Of a DNA stretch of 13,900 nt, positions 8,106-13,900 are shown one piece after another (positions within the stretch are counted from its first letter, which is position 1; each line of letters begins with the position of its first letter). The notes below the pieces were generated by a model, which was given only the letters and a program-made list of their open reading frames with translations, made no database searches and was not told where the DNA came from. The translations under genes and the position numbers were made by a program. Origin of the DNA: Promethearchaeota archaeon (GTDB lineage Archaea; Asgardarchaeota; Lokiarchaeia; Sigyniarchaeales; SOKP01); assembly GCA_048941265.1 (NCBI GenBank), contig JBHLNT010000109.1, positions 1 through 13,900 on the forward strand, read 5' to 3'.

Positions 8106-8704
8106 TGTCTAAATTGAAATTGGATTATGAAATAAATAATGTCGTCTCAACAGTTAAATTAGAAATTTCAGAAAGATTAGATCTTATAAAAATAGCGCGT
8201 AAAGCTCCTGAGTCAGAATATAATCCTGAGAAATTCCCAGGATTAATATTAAGATTAGAGGATCCTAAAGCATCTTTTCTAATATTTTCAACGGGTAGTA
8301 TGGTAATAACTGGACTTAAAAATGTTTTATTGGTTGAAAATGCAGTAAAGAATCTATTTAAAATGCTTAAAAAATTTGGATTAAAATTACCTGAACCCAC
8401 AATCAAAATTGAGAATTTAGTGGCAAGTGGAGATTTACACACCTCTATAGATTTAAATAAAGCGGTTATTTTTATGGACTTCGCAATGTACGAACCAGAG
8501 GTTTTCCCAGGCCTAATTTACCATATGAAAGACCCTAAAGCCGTATTTCTAATTTTTTCAACAGGTAAAATAGTATGCACTGGAGTAAAAGATGAAGAAA
8601 GTATTAAGGAGGCCATTTTAAAATTAAATCAGGAAATTTATGAACTTAATTTAACATATGAGTCTCCTGTTGATGAAGAATATGAAGAAATTTATTTTTT
8701 GTAG
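8105..8704 (+). CDS. tbp: TATA-box-binding protein (archaeal type, probably a secondary paralog)
   Basis: Two repeats: NVVST...YNPEKFPGLILR..PKASFLIFSTG and NLVAS...YEPEVFPGLIY...PKAVFLIFSTGKIVCTG; acidic tail DEEYEEIYFL. ATG 8105 overlaps the upstream stop (TAATG); ATG 8099 is an in-frame alternative. Confidence 0.97.
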   Translation: MSKLKLDYEINNVVSTVKLEISERLDLIKIARKAPESEYNPEKFPGLILRLEDPKASFLIFSTGSMVITGLKNVLLVENAVKNLFKMLKKFGLKLPEPTIKIENLVASGDLHTSIDLNKAVIFMDFAMYEPEVFPGLIYHMKDPKAVFLIFSTGKIVCTGVKDEESIKEAILKLNQEIYELNLTYESPVDEEYEEIYFL

Positions 8705-8774
8705 CCTATTCCTTAATAATAATTAATAATATTAATTAAACTCGGAGATGGGGAGAAATAGTAAGTGTTTTCTC

Positions 8775-9356
8775 TTAATGAATCCAACTTCTTTTTTTAT
8801 CATAAAAGATAACGTGAACTGGATTTTCATTATTATTTATATTTATAACTTCATTTAAGATTGGCTTCTTTTTCTTTAAAATATTATGATTAATTTCCCA
8901 TATTTTTGACTCTTTTATGATAATGCAGAAAACTCCTTTTTTTCTAAGAAAATGATTATATAAAAACCGGTAAAAATGAAGTAACTGAATTTCTTTTGGA
9001 GAATATTCCTTTAATCTGCTAACGATTACGAGATCAAATTTACCGTGTCTAAGTAGAAAATCTAAAAGAGAAGATCCATCAAAGGCATTGACATAATAAG
9101 TTTTAAAATTCTCGAAGGCTTTATTTCTCTCTTTAATTAAATCTAATGTTTTCTTGGATTTATCTGTTATAAGAAATTGCGATTCAGGAAAAAGGTTGAA
9201 TAATCGCTCTAATTCTTTACCTAAAATTCCACCTATAATTAGAATTTTATTAGTTTTGAGGTTGATTCCGGATATAAGGATTCTTAAAAACTTATCTAAA
9301 TTCTCTTTAGTATTAAATAAAGAAAAATTACTGTTATTCTCAATTTTGGAGTACAT
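8775..9356 (-). CDS. Class I SAM-dependent methyltransferase-fold protein, degenerate
   Basis: Motif order KILIIGGILG (I), LITDKS (II), YYVNAFD (III), KFDLVIVS (IV), FLRKKGVFCI (VI); SD GGAGGT (acctcc 9365-9370 on +). Confidence 0.7.
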   Translation of the reverse strand: MYSKIENNSNFSLFNTKENLDKFLRILISGINLKTNKILIIGGILGKELERLFNLFPESQFLITDKSKKTLDLIKERNKAFENFKTYYVNAFDGSSLLDFLLRHGKFDLVIVSRLKEYSPKEIQLLHFYRFLYNHFLRKKGVFCIIIKESKIWEINHNILKKKKPILNEVININNNENPVHVIFYDKKRSWIH

Positions 9357-9545
9357 TAATTTTAACCTCCCATTAGTTTTTATAAAGAAATTTTATGTTA
9401 TTTAATTTTATACTTACATTTCATAATTCAGATACCCAGATTGGGGAAAATTTCGTTCATGAAATAACATTCCATAAGGTAGATACTCAGAAAATGGTTC
9501 GACACCATTTAGGAGTATTCTTTAAAATTGAAAGCAAGAATAATG

Positions 9546-9785
9546 TTATAATTTCCTTACTAAAATTTGTTTTGAAGCCTCAATAATTTCAATTCTAGGC
9601 AATTCTTGAATTTTTTTTACAAGATCTACTTGATTTTTTACTGTCCTCCAATTTGACTTAGCTAAGCCCGAAATTTCGCTAATCGTGTGAAATTTACCAT
9701 CTTCCAAGGCATTGTAAATACCCTCTATAATTTTCAGTGTTGTTTTTCTTTGAGCAGATTCATTTTGACTAATGTACTTCACCAT
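9546..9785 (-). CDS. Small winged helix-turn-helix DNA-binding protein
   Basis: IIEGIYNALEDGKFHTISEISGLAKSNWRTVKNQVDLV is a three-helix HTH pattern, followed by a beta-hairpin wing IEIIEASKQILVRK. Confidence 0.8.
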   Translation of the reverse strand: MVKYISQNESAQRKTTLKIIEGIYNALEDGKFHTISEISGLAKSNWRTVKNQVDLVKKIQELPRIEIIEASKQILVRKL

Positions 9786-9840
9786 TTAATAGGTAGGAAA
9801 ACACAATATTCTTCTTATTGTAGGATAAAATTTCTAAAAG

Positions 9841-9856
9841 TATATAAATGTTTTTA
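9841..9856 (-). promoter_or_regulatory. Candidate BRE/TATA promoter of the wHTH gene
   Basis: Minus strand reads TAAAAACATTTATATA; consensus TTTATATA occupies 9841-9848, 55 nt upstream of the start codon. Confidence 0.5.
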
Positions 9857-10142
9857 TTTATGATAAGGTTATAAGTTTTAGTAATAAAGTTATAATTTTT
9901 TATAATATGTTTATGCTTTATTCAAAATTCTATTTAATTAAATAGATAATAGTTTTATATTTATTTAAATGATCGTTAAATTTATATTAGTAGTTTAGTT
10001 ATAATTATCTGGATTTAGATACTTTTATGATAAACATGCATACTATAAGGAAGAATATGTCTGTTTTTAAAATTAAAACATCGGATTGTGAATTTAGCAC
10101 AAGCCGATATTTTGAATAATTTTGAAATTGTTCACATTTATA

Positions 10143-10163
10143 CTCCTAAAAACTCTTAGGAGG
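10143..10163 (+). promoter_or_regulatory. Shine-Dalgarno AGGAGG (10158-10163) largely sequestered in a perfect 7-bp hairpin
   Basis: CTCCTAA (10143-10149), loop AAACTC, TTAGGAG (10156-10162); ATG 10171 follows the SD by 7 nt. Confidence 0.6.
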
Positions 10164-10170
10164 CGATTTT

Positions 10171-11916
10171 ATGAAAGAAAATAAACATTATATATCAAAA
10201 AAGGTAATAAGGAAAAAGATATTAACTGCTTGTATTGGTCAATGTGTACATGTAGCAGGAATTCATAACTTTATTAATATTGCTCAAAAGTTAGGAAATG
10301 AATGTATATTCTTAGGTCCGGCAACTTCAATTTCAACTATTATTAATGAAATTCGAAAATGCAAACCTGATATTGTAGGTCTTAGCTATCGTTTAACTTC
10401 CTCAACCCTTAGACCTTTACTCAAAGATTTTTTTATCCAATATGATAAATTAGAAAAAAAACCAGAAGAACTATTTTTCGCAGGGACTCCAGAAGTTGTT
10501 AAAGTAGCAAAAGAATTTAGAAAATTTTCTAAATTCTTTATTGGAGGAGAGTCCAAATTCAAACTGATTTCTATTTTAAAAAATGACTTTATTGATTCTA
10601 AGGATATAACAAAAATTCCAATGGACTTAATTTCTCGTATTAAATGGAAAAAGCCATATCCGATTATCAGGGCTCATTTTGGATTACCAAGTTTTCAAGA
10701 AACAGTAAAAGGAATAAAAAAAATTGCTGGAGCTGAAATATTAGATGTGTTATCAATAGCACCCGATCAAAATACACAGGCAAATTATTTCCATCCAGAA
10801 GATCAAGTTAAGGAATTGTCTGGTGCTGGAGGTATACCGCTAAGAAAAAAAGAAGAATTTATTAAACTTCATAGAGCAAGGTTAAGAGGAAATCATCCAT
10901 TGCTTAGAATATATGCCGGAACACGAGATTTTATAAAATTGGCTGAATTATATCAGGATACAATTCAAAATGCCTGGGCTGCGATCCCGATTTTTTGGTT
11001 TAATCAGATGGATGGACGTGGTCCTTTAGCATTAAAAGAATCAATAAAACAGCATTTAGAAACGATTAAATGGTATGCGAAAAAGGATATTCCTGTAGAA
11101 ATTAATGATTCGCATCATTGGAGTCTCAGAGATGCCCCAGATGCTATAGCAGTAGCAGATATGTATTTAAGCGGGATAATTGCCAAGAATTTAGGAGTTA
11201 AACATTTCGTGGCTCAATTTATGTTTAATACCCCTCCTTCAAGTTCGTTTGACATGGATCTCGCAAAAATGACAGCCAAAAATGAACTTCTTCATACGTT
11301 AGTAGACGATTCGTTTAAAGTAATTAAACAAGTTCGAACAGGTTTAGCAAGTATGCCATTAAATTTGCAGAAAGCGAAAGGTCATCTTGCAGCAGCGACA
11401 TTCGTTCAACTTGCTCTTAAACCAGATATAGTCCACGTAGTGACATATTCTGAAGCTAGACATGCGGCAAAGCCAGAACATATTATTGAAAGTTGTAATA
11501 TAGTTAACCACGTTATCGACAGAACCTACTCTAGTAATATTAATTTATTTGATGATAAAATTGAACAAAGAAAAGAAGAGTTGATTCAACAAGCTAAATG
11601 GATTATTGATTTACTACCTCGATTAGCAAAAAATCCTACTGAAAAAGCGAATCCTTGGACAAATTACAAAATCCTAAACAGATTAGTAAAATATGGTATT
11701 TTCGACGCTCCTCATCTAAGGAATAATCAATTTGCTCGTGGTGAGATTAAAACAAAAATAATTGATGGTGCCTGCTATTCATGGGATCAAAACTTACAGA
11801 AAAAGCGGGATGAGATTGAAAGAATCAAGGATATTATGGCAAAATACCCCGATAAGTTCTCAAATAAAATAAAATATACTGAAAATTTATCACCCTATAA
11901 GGTGATGGAAAAATGA
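10171..11916 (+). CDS. Cobalamin-dependent mutase-like protein: N-terminal B12-binding domain fused to a glutamate mutase E-like TIM barrel
   Basis: ACIGQCVHVAG (DxHxxG variant), FLGPATS, PDIVGLSYRL and FFAG mark the B12 domain. The remainder follows the motif order of glutamate mutase epsilon (YAGTRDFIKLAE, AKNLGVKH, GLASMP..LQKAKG, VHVVTYSEA, GIFDAP). Confidence 0.8.
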   Translation: MKENKHYISKKVIRKKILTACIGQCVHVAGIHNFINIAQKLGNECIFLGPATSISTIINEIRKCKPDIVGLSYRLTSSTLRPLLKDFFIQYDKLEKKPEELFFAGTPEVVKVAKEFRKFSKFFIGGESKFKLISILKNDFIDSKDITKIPMDLISRIKWKKPYPIIRAHFGLPSFQETVKGIKKIAGAEILDVLSIAPDQNTQANYFHPEDQVKELSGAGGIPLRKKEEFIKLHRARLRGNHPLLRIYAGTRDFIKLAELYQDTIQNAWAAIPIFWFNQMDGRGPLALKESIKQHLETIKWYAKKDIPVEINDSHHWSLRDAPDAIAVADMYLSGIIAKNLGVKHFVAQFMFNTPPSSSFDMDLAKMTAKNELLHTLVDDSFKVIKQVRTGLASMPLNLQKAKGHLAAATFVQLALKPDIVHVVTYSEARHAAKPEHIIESCNIVNHVIDRTYSSNINLFDDKIEQRKEELIQQAKWIIDLLPRLAKNPTEKANPWTNYKILNRLVKYGIFDAPHLRNNQFARGEIKTKIIDGACYSWDQNLQKKRDEIERIKDIMAKYPDKFSNKIKYTENLSPYKVMEK

Positions 11917-13040
11917 GATTCTGCGTGATTGGAGCAGGATCTGGTGGACGTGCATTTGCTGCGTATCTTTCCTCAAAAGGTCAATCAGTCTCGCTATATA
12001 ATCGTTCCTATTCAAGAATAAGTGAAATTCAGCAAAAGGGAGGTATTGAGGTATCAGGAGAATTACAAGGGTTTTTTCCAATATCTTTGATTACACAAAA
12101 TATGAGATTAGCCGTAAAAAATGCAGATATTATACTTGTTGTCACGCCCGCTTTCGCTCATAAAGAGATCGCACTGAAGATCGCTCCTTTTCTAAAAAAT
12201 GGTCAAATAGTTATTCTAAATCCAGGAAGAACTTTTGGAGCTGTAGAGTTTCTTAGAAATATTGAAAAAATAAGAGGAAAAATCCCAATTTTTGTCGGAG
12301 AAACGCAAACTCTCTTGTTTACGGCAAGAGCATTAGAAGAAAATCGGGTAAATATCATTAAAATTAAAAATTCAGTAAATTTTTCTACTTTCCCAGATAA
12401 ATATTCAGATCTCATCTGGGAAATACTGAATGAATTCTTTCCTCAATTTATTCCAATAGAAGATTACCTTGAAGTTACTCTTAACAATATTGGTATGCTG
12501 ATTCACCCGGCTTTATCATTGTTCAATGCAGGTCCTATTGATTATGGAAAAAACTTTAAGTTCTATAAAGAAGGTGCTACACCACAAATTTGTCAAGTTC
12601 TCGAACAAATTGAAATCGAGCTTAACGAAATATTCCAATGTTTGGGTTTAAGACAATTAAGATACGAAAAGTGGGCGAAAAAATGTTATGGTATAAATGC
12701 AAATTGTATACACGATACAATACAACAGATTGAGGCTTATAAAGACATTAATGCTCCTAATCACTTAATAACGAGATATTTTACTGAAGATATTCCAACC
12801 GGTCTAGTGGCTATTGCATCATTAGGTCAATTTCTTGGGATTAAGACACCAACTATAGACGCTATCATTCATCTATCTAGCATAATTTGCGGCACAAATT
12901 TCTTAAAAGATGGTAGAACTATTGAACGATTGAAATTGGAAAATTACATAAAAGCTAGAATAAATAGAGAGAAATATTTAACAGAAGAATTAATTTTCAA
13001 TTTCGAAAGAAATTTAAGAACTAGTGAAGATGACATCTAA
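11913..13040 (+). CDS. NAD/NADP-dependent opine (octopine/nopaline) dehydrogenase family protein
   Basis: Rossmann VIGAGSGG, ADIILVVTPAFAH, ILNPGRTFGA, LNNIGMLIHP, FKFYKEG and the family signature RYFTEDIPTGLV; ATGA overlap with the mutase gene. Confidence 0.92.
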   Translation: MRFCVIGAGSGGRAFAAYLSSKGQSVSLYNRSYSRISEIQQKGGIEVSGELQGFFPISLITQNMRLAVKNADIILVVTPAFAHKEIALKIAPFLKNGQIVILNPGRTFGAVEFLRNIEKIRGKIPIFVGETQTLLFTARALEENRVNIIKIKNSVNFSTFPDKYSDLIWEILNEFFPQFIPIEDYLEVTLNNIGMLIHPALSLFNAGPIDYGKNFKFYKEGATPQICQVLEQIEIELNEIFQCLGLRQLRYEKWAKKCYGINANCIHDTIQQIEAYKDINAPNHLITRYFTEDIPTGLVAIASLGQFLGIKTPTIDAIIHLSSIICGTNFLKDGRTIERLKLENYIKARINREKYLTEELIFNFERNLRTSEDDI

Positions 13041-13100
13041 TCCTCATTAGTTCTTGAAAGAAAACATATCTTTTAGATGGATGTAATTTAAAAAATAATA

Positions 13101-13140
13101 AAATAGGAAAAGGATTACTTTTTTTTCCCTATTTAATTTT
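13101..13140. terminator. Candidate bidirectional terminator between convergent genes
   Basis: AAATAGG (13101-13107) pairs with CCTATTT (13128-13134) around an AAAAG/T8 core; T-runs on both strands nearby. Confidence 0.4.
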
Positions 13141-13231
13141 AGTTTTAGGAGGATAACTAAAAAAAAGGTTTAGGTTTGAAAAATATGATTTATCAAAATA
13201 GACTTTCCTTTTTTCTTTGCTAATTCTTTAA

Positions 13232-13900
13232 TCAGAGAATTTTCCTGATATAAATTATTGATGCAAGTAGAATTCCAGAGAAATAAAAAAAATTAACCGT
13301 CCATAAATAATGAGAAATATTTGCATAAATTTTTAAAGTATATAGCGGCCCTACACATGCAACGATTCCAATAATTATTGTCGAGATCAAAAGAGCTATT
13401 TTTTCATAGTTTTTAATTTCGCTTTTATCAAATATGAAAATTTTTAACCAAAAAACAACGCAAATGAAAGCAATAGGAGTAATTATGAAAGCGGCAATAG
13501 CTAAAAGTATTAGAAAAAATACCGCAAATTTATTTTGCCATAATTTTAATAGCTCATTTCCGGATAATTGATTTTGAAGTTGTAGTTTGGCATATTTAGA
13601 ACGTAAAGTGTAATACTTTTTCCTAATTTCTCTACCAATCTGTTTAGCACCAAATTTCCAAGTAATAGCTCTCCCTTGGACGATTGCATCTTTAAAATTA
13701 TTTTTAATAATAGGATTAATGTATAAGAAAATCAATAATGAAATAATACTGAAAATGTATATAATATTATCGATCCATGCAAATCTGTTATCCCAAATTC
13801 CATACATCAACAGTCCTCCTTCCCCAACAAAACTAGAATATATTCTATAAATGGCATAAATGTTGACTAAAAATATAATAATTATTTGGATAATAATAAA
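13232..13900 (-). CDS. Polytopic membrane protein, hypothetical; probably truncated by the window edge
   Basis: The frame stays open upstream of the track start 13810 (FIIIQIIIIFLVNIYAIYRIYSSFVGEGGL) to position 13900, adding another hydrophobic helix; at least 5-6 TM segments and a basic loop. Confidence 0.75.
   Translation of the reverse strand, partial: FIIIQIIIIFLVNIYAIYRIYSSFVGEGGLLMYGIWDNRFAWIDNIIYIFSIISLLIFLYINPIIKNNFKDAIVQGRAITWKFGAKQIGREIRKKYYTLRSKYAKLQLQNQLSGNELLKLWQNKFAVFFLILLAIAAFIITPIAFICVVFWLKIFIFDKSEIKNYEKIALLISTIIIGIVACVGPLYTLKIYANISHYLWTVNFFYFSGILLASIIYIRKIL

Noticed and set aside
8125-8442. 105-aa - strand ORF
   Set aside because: Antisense shadow inside tbp.
6771-9356. 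Restriction-modification system (nuclease-fold + methyltransferase-fold genes)
   Set aside because: The methyltransferase lacks DNA-MTase catalytic motifs and a target-recognition domain, and the nuclease motif is incomplete.
9154-9405. 83-aa + strand ORF
   Set aside because: Mostly antisense to the methyltransferase-fold gene, which has the SD and recognisable motifs.
9440-9525. tRNA gene around GGTTCGACACC
   Set aside because: No acceptor, D or anticodon stems can be formed at canonical spacing.
9395-9586. 63-aa + strand ORF as an annotated CDS
   Set aside because: No SD, overlaps the wHTH gene by 41 bp, and lies on a structured spacer; kept only as a hypothesis in findings.
9990-10170. 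Canonical cobalamin riboswitch or SECIS element
   Set aside because: No B12-box/GGGAA core, no SECIS-type kink-turn core, and no in-frame TGA in the neighbouring genes.
11890-12415. Two - strand ORFs (11890..12081 and 12203..12415)
   Set aside because: Antisense shadows of the mutase end and the opine dehydrogenase.
13808-13822. AGGAGGA as SD for a TTG/ATG start near 13810
   Set aside because: It reads in frame as Glu-Gly-Gly, and the frame remains open with a TM helix to the window edge, so an upstream start is more likely; not fully excluded.
1-13900. CRISPR array, IS element, integrase or rRNA
   Set aside because: No regularly spaced repeats with unique spacers, no transposase/recombinase motifs, and no long GC-rich structural RNA segment.

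Overview
Very AT-rich (roughly 27-30% GC by eye) archaeal chromosomal window. An archaeal-type TATA-binding protein, GGTGA/GGAGG ribosome-binding sites, BRE/TATA-like promoters and a folliculin/SMCR8-like DENN protein point to an Asgard archaeon, probably Lokiarchaeia (inference). Gene order: 3' end of a universal stress protein and a 42-aa CxxCG/CPxCG microprotein (both absent from the ORF track), flavodiiron protein FprA, a 7-TM membrane protein, the DENN-like protein, a nitroreductase, an M50 site-2 protease with CBS-like domains, a translationally coupled trio (CCHH zinc finger, degenerate PD-(D/E)xK-like protein, TBP), a degenerate class I SAM methyltransferase, a small winged-helix protein, a coupled pair (fused glutamate-mutase-like B12 enzyme with a CxHxxG motif plus an opine dehydrogenase), and a membrane protein cut by the window edge. 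Best candidates for undescribed biology: (1) the B12 mutase/opine dehydrogenase operon with a structured leader whose hairpin hides the SD; (2) the zinc finger/nuclease-fold/TBP operon; (3) the compact archaeal DENN protein; (4) a T-loop-bearing structured spacer at 9395-9520. No rRNA, tRNA, CRISPR array or transposase was seen. All family assignments are by-eye motif recognition against recalled sequences, not database searches.
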